Origin: an uncultured Thermoleophilia bacterium
GTDB taxonomy: Bacteria > Actinomycetota > Thermoleophilia > UBA2241
Length of the DNA stretch: 64,000 nt
Direction of reading: 5' to 3'
Assembly (NCBI GenBank): GCA_963834905.1
Contig: CAWIDR010000037.1
Coordinates: 29,023 to 93,022, forward strand
In this document: in pieces, positions 1-7,940 of the stretch
Position numbering within the stretch: position 1 is the first letter of the stretch
Layout of the letters: each line of letters starts with the position of its first letter
The notes under the pieces: generated by a model
What the model saw: only the letters and a program-made list of their open reading frames with translations
Told to the model about the DNA's origin: nothing
The model's database searches: none
Made by a program: the position numbers and the translations under genes

Positions 1-2
1 CG

Positions 3-563
3 TACGTCGGCTCCACCATGGCCGCCTCGGACAGGATCTACGAGATCACGCTCCGGCGGCCGTTCTGGAAGAGCCTGCCGCTGCGCGTCGGCCTCGCGCT
101 GCTGCTGCTCGTGCTGCTGTCGCTGACCGCGGCCGTCGTCGCGCTCGTCGGACCCTTCGGCCGCTGGGTGATGGACGTCAGCAGCATCGGCTCGGGGCCG
201 CTCCACCTCTGGACGTGGATCAAGTGGCCGCTCCTCATCGTGCTCGGGCTGCTGCTCTTCACGCTGCTGTACAAGTTCACCCCGAGCCGGCGCCAGCCGG
301 CGCTCTGGTGGCTGCTCCCCGGCGCGGCCGTGGGCGTCGCCCTGTGGATCGCCGCCTCAGCCGGCTTCAGCCTGTACCTGGACCACTTCAGCTCCTACAA
401 CCGCGTGTACGGCACGCTGGGCGCCGCGGTCGCGTTCCTCGTCTGGGCCTGGCTGCTGAACCTCGCGCTTCTGGTCGGCATGGAGGTCAACCGCGACGTC
501 GAACGGCGGCGAGGCGGGACCCGCGGGGCGGCCGCGCTCCCCGGGGATGCCGCGAGCGTATAA
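3..563 (+). CDS. YihY/BrkB-family inner-membrane protein, C-terminal part (5' end outside window)
   Basis: ORF 18..563 stays open to the window edge (in-frame YVGST upstream of the listed Met). Multi-pass hydrophobic C-terminal region with the RPFWKS...LLxL pattern typical of YihY/BrkB proteins. Confidence 0.6.
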   Translation, partial: YVGSTMAASDRIYEITLRRPFWKSLPLRVGLALLLLVLLSLTAAVVALVGPFGRWVMDVSSIGSGPLHLWTWIKWPLLIVLGLLLFTLLYKFTPSRRQPALWWLLPGAAVGVALWIAASAGFSLYLDHFSSYNRVYGTLGAAVAFLVWAWLLNLALLVGMEVNRDVERRRGGTRGAAALPGDAASV

Positions 564-623
564 TCGGGCTTCACGCCAACCGGCGAGGGCGAGCCGCCCG
601 CGCCAACGACCTTCGGTGACCCC

Positions 624-1553
624 ATGCCCGACTTCGCCGCGCTCCAACAGGAACTCCGCCGCCTCGCCTCCGAGCGGGACGTCGTGATCCTCGCCCACAA
701 CTACCAGCGCCCCGAGGTGCAGGACGCCGCCGACTTCACGGGCGACTCCCTCGAGCTCTCGCGCATCGCGCAGAAGGACCCGCACCAGACCATCCTGTTC
801 TGCGGCGTGCACTTCATGGCCGAGACGGCCTACATCCTCTCGCCCCAGAAGACGGTGCTCATGCCCGACAAGCGCGCCGGCTGCCCCATGGCCGACATGG
901 TCACCGTGGCCGGGCTGCGCAAGCTCAAAGCCGAGCATCCGGACGCCGTCGTGGTCGCCTACGTCAACACCTCGGCGGACATCAAGGCCGAGACCGACGT
1001 GTGCTGCACGAGCGCCAACGCCGTGCAGATCGTCGAGCGGTTCCCCAAGGACCAGAAGATCATCTTCGTGCCCGACAGGAACCTCGGCGACTACGTCGCC
1101 CGCCAGACCGGCCGCGAGGAGACCATGATCCTGTGGCAGGGCTGGTGCCACGTGCACGACGACTTCCGCGCCGCCGAGATCGAGGAGATCCGCGCCGCCA
1201 ACCCGGGCAGCGTGCTCATGGCCCACCCGGAGAGCCGGCGCGAGGTGCTGGAGATCGCCGACGTCGTCACCAGCACCTCCGGCATGCTGCGCTACCCGGA
1301 GACGAGCGACGCGAAGACCTTCGTCGTCGCCACCGAGACGGGGCTGCTGTACAGGCTGGGCAAGCTGTACCCCGACAGGAAGTTCATCCCGGCCTCGAAC
1401 AGGGCGGTCTGCCCGAACATGAAGCTCACCACGCTGGACAAGTGCGTGGCCACGCTGGGCGACGAGTGGGACGACGTGCTCGAGCACGAGGTGACGGTGC
1501 CGGAGCAGACCCGCGTCAAGGCGCTCCAGGCAGTCGAGCGGATGCTGGCGTGA
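624..1553 (+). CDS. nadA: quinolinate synthase NadA
   Basis: 309-aa ORF with NadA hallmarks (ILAHNYQ, CGVHFMAET, CPMADM, VAYVNTSA, MAHPES). Uninterrupted frame. Confidence 0.9.
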   Translation: MPDFAALQQELRRLASERDVVILAHNYQRPEVQDAADFTGDSLELSRIAQKDPHQTILFCGVHFMAETAYILSPQKTVLMPDKRAGCPMADMVTVAGLRKLKAEHPDAVVVAYVNTSADIKAETDVCCTSANAVQIVERFPKDQKIIFVPDRNLGDYVARQTGREETMILWQGWCHVHDDFRAAEIEEIRAANPGSVLMAHPESRREVLEIADVVTSTSGMLRYPETSDAKTFVVATETGLLYRLGKLYPDRKFIPASNRAVCPNMKLTTLDKCVATLGDEWDDVLEHEVTVPEQTRVKALQAVERMLA

Positions 1554-2911
1554 CGGACGAGCCGTGGAGCCCAGACTCCTGGCGCGCCCTGCCGGCGGAC
1601 CAGCAGCCCGACTGGCCTGATCCCGCCGCGGTCGACGCGACTCTCGCGGAGCTGCGCGCGCTGCCGCCGCTCGTGTTCGCGGGTGAGGCGCGGCAGCTGC
1701 GCCGGGCGCTGGCCGGTGTCGCCGCGGGGCAGGGCTTCCTGCTCCACGTGGGCGACTGCGCGGAGTCGTTCCGCGACCTCTCCGCTCCGCACATCCGCGA
1801 CAACCTCAAGATCATGCTGCAGATGGCGACGGTGCTGACGTACGGGGCCGCGCTGCCCGTGGTCAAGCTGGCGCGCGCGGCCGGGCAGTTCGCCAAGCCG
1901 CGCTCGAGCCCCACGGAGTTCGTCGACGGCGTCGAGTTGCCGTCGTTCCGCGGCCACCTGGTCAACGACGACATCCCGGACCCGAGCGCGCGCATCCCCG
2001 ACCCGGCCCGGATGCTGCAGGCCTACAACCAGTCCACCGCGCGGCTCAATCTCCTGCGCGCCTTCACCAAGGGCGGCTTCGCCGACCTCACCCAGGTCCA
2101 CATCTGGAACCAGGAGTTCGTCGCCCGCTCCGCTGAGGGACGCCGCTACGAGCGGATCGCCCGCGGCATCGACGACGCCCTGCGCTTCATGTCCGCCTGC
2201 GGCATCGACCTCGATCGTGAGCACCAGCTGCACGAGGTCGACCTGTACACGAGCCACGAGGGCCTCGTCCTGCCCTATGAAGAGTCCCTCTGCCGGCGCG
2301 ACAGCCTGACCGGCGACTGGTACGACTGCTCGGCCCACCTCCTGTGGATCGGCGAGCGCACGAGGGACCCGGCACACGCGCACGTCGAGTTCTTCACCGG
2401 CGTCCAGAACCCCGTGGCCTGCAAGGTCGGGCCCGGCATCAGCGCGGAGGACCTGGTCGCGCTCTGCGAGCGGCTGGACCCCGAGCGCGACCCCGGCCGG
2501 CTGACGCTCATCGCGCGCCTCGGCGCCGACCGGGTCGAGACCCTGCTGCCGCCGCTTCTCCGCGCGGTGCGGGACGCGGGGCACCCCGTGGTCTGGGCCT
2601 GCGACCCGATGCACGGGAACGGCCTGGTGACGACCGGCGGGATCAAGACCCGCCGCTTCGACGACATCATGAGCGAGCTGCGCGGGTTCTTCGCCGCCTG
2701 CCGCGCCGAGGACGTGTGGCCGGGCGGCGTCCACCTGGAGTTCACCGGCGACGACGTCACCGAGTGCGTCGGCGGCGCAGAGCCGGTGGCCGAGAGCGAC
2801 CTGGGCATCCACTACTCGTCGCTCGTCGATCCGCGCCTCAACGCGCGGCAGTCGCTCGACGTCGCCTTCCAGGTCGCGGAACTGCTCAGGCCAAGAAGCT
2901 CGCGCGGCTAG
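1550..2911 (+). CDS. 3-deoxy-7-phosphoheptulonate (DAHP) synthase, class II
   Basis: GTG 1550 overlaps the nadA stop (GTGA). About 453 aa with class II (AroH-type) motifs LLHVGDCAESF, FAKPRSSP, YTSHEGL and WACDPMHGN. The listed 636-aa ORF is an upstream out-of-gene extension of this frame. Confidence 0.85.
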   Translation: MTDEPWSPDSWRALPADQQPDWPDPAAVDATLAELRALPPLVFAGEARQLRRALAGVAAGQGFLLHVGDCAESFRDLSAPHIRDNLKIMLQMATVLTYGAALPVVKLARAAGQFAKPRSSPTEFVDGVELPSFRGHLVNDDIPDPSARIPDPARMLQAYNQSTARLNLLRAFTKGGFADLTQVHIWNQEFVARSAEGRRYERIARGIDDALRFMSACGIDLDREHQLHEVDLYTSHEGLVLPYEESLCRRDSLTGDWYDCSAHLLWIGERTRDPAHAHVEFFTGVQNPVACKVGPGISAEDLVALCERLDPERDPGRLTLIARLGADRVETLLPPLLRAVRDAGHPVVWACDPMHGNGLVTTGGIKTRRFDDIMSELRGFFAACRAEDVWPGGVHLEFTGDDVTECVGGAEPVAESDLGIHYSSLVDPRLNARQSLDVAFQVAELLRPRSSRG

Positions 2912-2940
2912 GCGCCGGCCAGCCACTGCCGCCAGGCCAG

Positions 2941-3421
2941 ATGATGCCGCCGGAGCTCCCCGAACACCTCAGCGAGTACACCGCGCGCGCGGCCTCCCGG
3001 GCAGATGCCCCCGGGGCGGCCGCGTGCGTGCATGCCGCCTACGAGCACTACGTCGCGCGCAACGGCCTCGTCCCTGTGCCGATGCGCCAGGACTACGAAG
3101 AGGTCATCCGCGACTGCCAGGTGACCGTGGTCGAGCACGGCGGGAAGATCGTCGCCGTCCTGGTCCTGGCGGTAGGCCGGCGAGGGCTTCCTGCTCGACA
3201 ACATCGCCATCGCACCAGACCAGCAGGGCAAGGGACTGGGCCGCGCCCTCCTGGAGTACGCGGAGGCGGAGGCGCGCCGCCAGGGCTTCGACTCCATCTA
3301 CCTGTACACGCAGGAGATCATGACCGAGAACCTCGCCCTGTACCGGCACATCGGCTACGTGGAGTACGCGCGCAGGGCCGAGTTCGGGCTGTCGCGCGTC
3401 TACCTGCGCAAGCCTCTGTAG
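2941..3421 (+). CDS. GNAT-family N-acetyltransferase (frame break near 3180)
   Basis: N-terminal half is in the frame of ORF 2344..3498 (MMPPELPEH...[10 protein letters not shown]). The acetyl-CoA motif A ([21 protein letters not shown]...YLYT) and C-terminus (YLRKPL*) are in the +1 frame ending at TAG 3419..3421. Confidence 0.7.
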
Positions 3422-3443
3422 CCGCGCAGGGCGCCGAGCGCGC

Positions 3444-4392
3444 TCAGAGACTCGCCGCTTCGGGCTCGGGCTCGGCGAACAGGACGGTCGAGAGGTAGCG
3501 CTCGCCGGTGTCGCACAGCACGGTGACGATGAGCTTGCCCTTGTTCTCGGGGCGGCTGCCGACGAGCTCCGCCGCGTAGGCGTTGGCGCCGGCCGAGATG
3601 CCGACGAGGATGCCCTCGGAGGCGAGCTCGCGCGCCGCCTCGAACGCCTGCTCGTTGGTCACCTGGACGACCTCGCCGTAGACCTGCGTGTTCAGGACCT
3701 TGGGGACGAACCCGGCCCCCATGCCCTGGATCTTGTGCGGGCCGGGCTGGCCGCCGCTGAGCACCGGCGAGTCCGTGGGCTCCACGGCGACGATCCTGCA
3801 CGTCGGGCTTGCGCTCCTTGAGCACCTCGCCGACGCCGGTCACGGTGCCGCCGGTGCCGACGCCGGCCACGAAGATGTCCACCGTGCCGTCGGTGTCGTT
3901 CCATACTTCTTCGGCGGTGGTGCGGCGGTGCACCTCGGGGTTGGCCGGGTTCTCGAACTGCTGCGGCACGAAGGCGCCCTCGATCTCCAGCCTGAGCTCC
4001 TCGGCCCGGGCGATCGCGCCCTTCATGCCCGCCGCTCCCGGCGTGAGGACGAGCTCGGCGCCGTACGCGCGCAGCAGGTTACGGCGCTCCACGCTCATGG
4101 TCTCCGGCATGGTCAGCACAACGCGGTACCCGCGCCCGGCGGCGACCATGGCGAGGGCGATGCCGGTGTTGCCGCTCGTCGGCTCGACGATGGTCGTCTT
4201 GTCCGGCGAGATCAGCCCGGCCTGCTCGGCCGCGTCGATCATGGCGAGGCCGATTCGGTCCTTGACGCTGCCGCCCGGGTTGAAGGACTCGAGCTTGCCG
4301 ACGATCGTCGCACCGGACCGCTCCGAGATGCCGCGCAGCTTGACGAGCGGCGTGCCGCCGATCAGGGCGGTGATGTCGTCTGCGATCTTCAC
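3444..4392 (-). CDS. cysK: cysteine synthase, CysK/CysM family (frame break near 3795)
   Basis: GTG 4392 ([19 protein letters not shown]). PLP-fold motifs SVKDR, SGNTG and GTGGT in the frame of ORF 3400..4476. The C-terminal third ([26 protein letters not shown]...) continues in ORF 3444..3785. The join is at cagGATCgtc. Confidence 0.85.
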
Positions 4393-4417
4393 TGGACTGC
4401 TCCTCTTGTCGTTGTCG

Positions 4418-4857
4418 TCAGATCTCGTAGATGGGCCCGCCGGCGCCCAGCAGCCGCTCCCGCTCGGCGAGGTCACTCACGGTCGTGCCGGCGAGCGCGC
4501 GCTCGAAGGCCTCGCCGGCCGCGCGCCAGACGGCGCCGGCAGCGGCCGCCTCCTGTAGCGTCCCAGCCCGCGGAGCCCGACTCGCTGTCGAGCGCAGCCG
4601 TCGAGCGCCTCCACGATGTCGAGCACGGTCAGCTGGTCGGGACGCCGCGCGAAGGCGAACCCGCCGCCCGCGCCACGGCGGCCCGTCAGCAGGCCGGCGC
4701 GGCGAAGGCCGGCGAAGAGCTGCTCGAGGAACTGCTCGGGGATGCCGCGCTCGCGGGCGAGGTCGGTGAGACGCACGGGTTTGCCCGTGCCCCGCGTGCG
4801 CAGGTCGAGCTCTACCAGCGCCATGAGGGCGTATCTGCTCTTCGACGAGACCTTCAT
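4418..4857 (-). CDS. Rrf2-family transcriptional regulator (CymR/IscR-like; frame break about 4555-4600)
   Basis: ATG 4857 ([18 protein letters not shown]...[20 protein letters not shown]), the wHTH of the Rrf2 family. The C-terminus ([34 protein letters not shown]...IYEI*) is in another frame ending at 4418, 26 bp upstream of the cysK start. Confidence 0.75.
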
Positions 4858-4905
4858 CTCACTCCACGCGACTGGGACCCCAAGGACCACCTGCTGAATC
4901 TCGGT

Positions 4906-4930
4906 ATTCCCGATAAGGTTTATCGGGAAT
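4906..4930. promoter_or_regulatory. perfect 25-bp palindrome ATTCCCGATAA-GGT-TTATCGGGAAT, candidate Rrf2 operator
   Basis: Read directly: 11-bp arms are exact reverse complements with a 3-bp spacer. Lies 49 bp upstream of the Rrf2 start, in the divergent region shared with the ThiS/MoaD-like gene. Locally AT-rich in a GC-rich background. Confidence 0.6.
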
Positions 4931-5053
4931 CATTCTGCGCGACTGCCGGCGGCGTCAGTGCCGCGGGGCGCCACCCTGCGAGATCGTGATGAGAAGCCCC
5001 GCGGGCATACGTGGAATAATCTGGCCGACGCCACCACTACGACGGGAGGACCC

Positions 5054-5320
5054 GTGCCCGCGATCACCGTCGGCCTGCCGGCCGCGCTCACCTCGCCGCA
5101 GCCCCCGCGCGACATCGCCTGCGAGGCCTCCACCGTCGTCGAGGCTCTGCGCGCGGTCGTCGAGCAGGCGCCGCACTACGAACAGCGCCTCTTCTACGGC
5201 GACCGCCTGCTGGTCGTCGTCACCCTGAACGGGCGCCACCTGCCGCCGAGCCAGGTCAAAGAGACCGGCCTGGCCGCCGGCGACCGCCTCGACATCCTGC
5301 TGCCGGTCGCCGGCGGCTGA
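5054..5320 (+). CDS. ThiS/MoaD-family ubiquitin-like sulfur-carrier protein (C-terminal Gly-Gly)
   Basis: GTG 5054 preceded by GGGAGGA. 88 aa ending ...DILLPVAGG*. Size, beta-grasp-like pattern and terminal GG match ThiS/MoaD/CysO carriers. The longer listed ORF (4958) has an implausible N-terminal extension. Confidence 0.6.
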   Translation: MPAITVGLPAALTSPQPPRDIACEASTVVEALRAVVEQAPHYEQRLFYGDRLLVVVTLNGRHLPPSQVKETGLAAGDRLDILLPVAGG

Positions 5321-5403
5321 GGCCCGGCCGCCCGCGTCACCGGCGCGCGCGTCGCGCCCGTCCCGACGGGGTACCGTGCGTGTGACGACCAAGGAGGGCT
5401 CGC

Positions 5404-5892
5404 ATGAAGCTGTGGGCGACGCGCGAGACGCGCGCCGAGTTGATGATGGCCTGCCTGCGCGTGGTCATGGGCGCGATCTTCCTCTCCGTCTGGTCGTACA
5501 ACCTCAGCAAGGGCTTCTACTCCCCGAGCGGCTGGGCCCACTTCGTGCAGCACTACGCCGACACGACCAAGGTGAGCCTCTACGCCGACCTGCTGAACAA
5601 GGTGATGATCCCGCACTCGACCGTCTTCGCGTACGGGCAGTTCTCGATCGAGTTCGTGGTCTTCGGCCTGTTCCTGGTGCTGGGTGCGTTCACGCCCGTC
5701 TCGGCTCTGCTCGCGGCGCTCTTCCAGCTGAACCTGCTGGTGGCGACGTCGGGGACCACGGACTGGCCCGGCACGTACATCATCATGGCCGCGCTGCTGC
5801 TCGCCATCAGCCTCTCGCAGGCGGGGCGGACGCTCGGGATCGACGCGCTGCTGGCGCGCCGGAACGCGCACCCGCGGCTGCCGGTCTACTGA
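5404..5892 (+). CDS. DoxX/DoxD-like membrane protein
   Basis: 162 aa with four predicted TM helices. The RVVMGAIFL...GxxK pattern is typical of the DoxX family. Confidence 0.6.
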   Translation: MKLWATRETRAELMMACLRVVMGAIFLSVWSYNLSKGFYSPSGWAHFVQHYADTTKVSLYADLLNKVMIPHSTVFAYGQFSIEFVVFGLFLVLGAFTPVSALLAALFQLNLLVATSGTTDWPGTYIIMAALLLAISLSQAGRTLGIDALLARRNAHPRLPVY

Positions 5893-6653
5893 CCTTCGGC
5901 CCGGGTGGCAGCACCCCGGCGGCCTGGCCCGAACCCGAGCAGGCGCAGCCGCAGCAGGCACCAGAAGATGTCGCGCACGGCGAGCGCGGACCCGCGCCAC
6001 GTGCCGGCGATCTTGGACGCGCCGGCGCGCGTGCGGTAGCGGGTGTCGCGGATCGCGATGCGCGCGCCCGTGAGACGCGCCTTCACCGCCATCTCCGTGG
6101 GGAACGCGTAGGCGCGCTCCTCCAGCCGCAGCGTCTCGAGCAGATCCGTGCGGACGGCGCGGAAAGGGCCGTCGTCGCTCAGGCGAAGGCCGAAGAAGAG
6201 CCACAGGTTGAGCGCGAGCCAGTCGTTGCCGGCCCGCTGGTGCAGCGGCATGCGGCCGGTCGCGGCGCCGCGCACCGCGCGGCGCCGCGACCCGATGACG
6301 AGGTCGGCGACGCCGGCGAGCACCGGCCCGACGAGGTACCTGGTCTGGGCCGGGTCGTCCGTGCCGTCGGCCTCCATGAAGACGACGGCGCGGGCGCCCG
6401 CCGCCGCAGCGGCGCGGGCGCCCGTCAGGCACGGGTAGCCGTAGCCCCGGCGCGGCTCGCGCAGCAGCGTCGCGCCGGCGGCGCGGATCAGCTCCGGCCC
6501 GCCGTCGGCGGAGCCGTTGTCGACGAAGACCGTGCGCCGCAGCAGGCCGAGGTCGCGGAGCTCCGCCAGGAGCGCGGGCAGGGCCTCGGCCTCGTCGAGC
6601 ACGGGCACGACGATGCAGTAGTCTGGCGCGGATGAAGTTCCTGAAGGATCCAC
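5886..6653 (-). CDS. family-2 glycosyltransferase, polyprenyl-phosphate sugar synthase-like (Dpm1/GtrB type)
   Basis: IVVPVLDEAEAL...VFVDNGSADGG...MEADGTDDP (DxD-like)...GSR...FR motifs of GT2. The only in-frame start upstream of the IVVPV strand is GTG 6653, which overlaps the divergent gene start at 6632. Confidence 0.75.
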   Translation of the reverse strand: MDPSGTSSAPDYCIVVPVLDEAEALPALLAELRDLGLLRRTVFVDNGSADGGPELIRAAGATLLREPRRGYGYPCLTGARAAAAAGARAVVFMEADGTDDPAQTRYLVGPVLAGVADLVIGSRRRAVRGAATGRMPLHQRAGNDWLALNLWLFFGLRLSDDGPFRAVRTDLLETLRLEERAYAFPTEMAVKARLTGARIAIRDTRYRTRAGASKIAGTWRGSALAVRDIFWCLLRLRLLGFGPGRRGAATRAEGQ

Positions 6654-7924
6654 GACTGCGCGCCTACCTCGGCCTCGCCATCCTCGCCGCCGGACTGCTC
6701 GGGCTCGCCCTGTCCGGCGACCTGCTCGTTCACTCGCTGCGCTTCGGCTCATTCTACGTACTTGCCGGCGGCGGGTTCGCGCTGCTGGCGACGGCGGCGA
6801 CGAGCATCCCGCTGCGCGGCGTCATCGTCGCCGCCGTGATCCTCCGGCTGCTCTTCCTGCCGCTGATGCCGAGCTTGACCACGGACTACCACCGCTACGT
6901 GTGGGACGGGCGCGTGCAGCTGGCCGGCGTCAATCCCTACAGGTACCGGCCCTACGAGCACCCGCTCGACCGCGTCCGCTACGCCGGCCGCGACCTCATC
7001 AACCACGACGAGCTGAAGACCGTCTATCCGCCGCTCACCGAGGCGGTGTTCCTCGGCGTCGCCGCCGTGACCCACGCGGCCGGACTGGAGCACGCGGTGA
7101 CGCCGCGCGCCGAAGTGATCCTCTTCAAGCTGGTGTTCGGCGCATTCGACCTCGCCACGGCGGCGGCGGTGTGGTTCCTCGCCGCGCGCAAGTTCCGCCT
7201 CCGCGCGACGGTGCTCTACCTGCTCTGCCCCGCCGTCATCCTGCAGACGTGGGCGTCGGCGCACGCGGAGGCGGCGGCGGTCTTCTTCTGCGTGCTTGCC
7301 GCCGCCCTGCTCGTGCGCCGCCGCGACGGCTGGGCCGGCGTCGCGCTCGGCCTCGCCGCGGCGCTCAAGATCACGCCGCTCGGGCTGCTCGTGCCGGCGC
7401 TGCTGGGCGGGCGCGCCTCACCCGCCCGCTTCCTCGCCGGCTTCGCCCCGGCGTTCCTCATCCCCTACGTCCCGTACCTCCTCACCGGCGGCGCGTTCGG
7501 CTCGCTGTTCCAGAGCGGGACGAGCTGGACCGGCGGCTCGCTCATCTTCACCCTCCTCGCGCTGTTCACGACTCCCCACATCGCCCGCTGGCTGGCGCTG
7601 GCTCTCTTCGTCGGCGGCGCCCTGTGGATCGCCGGCAGCTTCCGCGGCCGCGAGGAGACCGCCGAGGCCTTCGCCTGGACCTTCACGCTGCTCATCCTGT
7701 GCCTGCCCGTGGTCCACGCCTGGTACTGGCTCACGCCGCTGGCGCTGGGACTCGCCGCCGGCCTCTGGCTGCCGCTGCTGCTGGGGATGTTCTCGCCCCT
7801 CCCCGAGTCGCTGCCGCTGGCGGACTGGCTGGCGCGCGCACGGCGGCTGGCGACGGCCGGCGGCGGCATGAGAGCAGGCCTCGTGTTGTCGCTCCACCGG
7901 ACGCTCGCCATACTGAAGCGATGA
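6632..7924 (+). CDS. GT-C fold membrane glycosyltransferase, DUF2029/GT87 (PimE-like)
   Basis: 430 aa, polytopic. First periplasmic loop DYHRYVWDGRVQLAGVNPY and ELKTVYPPL resemble lipid-linked-sugar-dependent GT87/DUF2029 enzymes. Confidence 0.65.
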   Translation: MKFLKDPRLRAYLGLAILAAGLLGLALSGDLLVHSLRFGSFYVLAGGGFALLATAATSIPLRGVIVAAVILRLLFLPLMPSLTTDYHRYVWDGRVQLAGVNPYRYRPYEHPLDRVRYAGRDLINHDELKTVYPPLTEAVFLGVAAVTHAAGLEHAVTPRAEVILFKLVFGAFDLATAAAVWFLAARKFRLRATVLYLLCPAVILQTWASAHAEAAAVFFCVLAAALLVRRRDGWAGVALGLAAALKITPLGLLVPALLGGRASPARFLAGFAPAFLIPYVPYLLTGGAFGSLFQSGTSWTGGSLIFTLLALFTTPHIARWLALALFVGGALWIAGSFRGREETAEAFAWTFTLLILCLPVVHAWYWLTPLALGLAAGLWLPLLLGMFSPLPESLPLADWLARARRLATAGGGMRAGLVLSLHRTLAILKR

Positions 7925-7940
7925 GCAGACGGACCGAAGC

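Noticed and set aside
357-2926. Long antisense ORFs (357..1487 minus, 1292..2926 minus) opposite nadA and the DAHP synthase. Similar cases elsewhere include 44055..46097 minus opposite the SBP and 30428..32065 minus / 30748..32142 plus around the aminotransferase.
   Set aside because: Their translations are Arg/Ala/Gly/Pro-rich with no family motifs, and they mirror well-supported genes on the other strand or frame. This is the typical stop-codon-poor shadow ORF of high-GC DNA.
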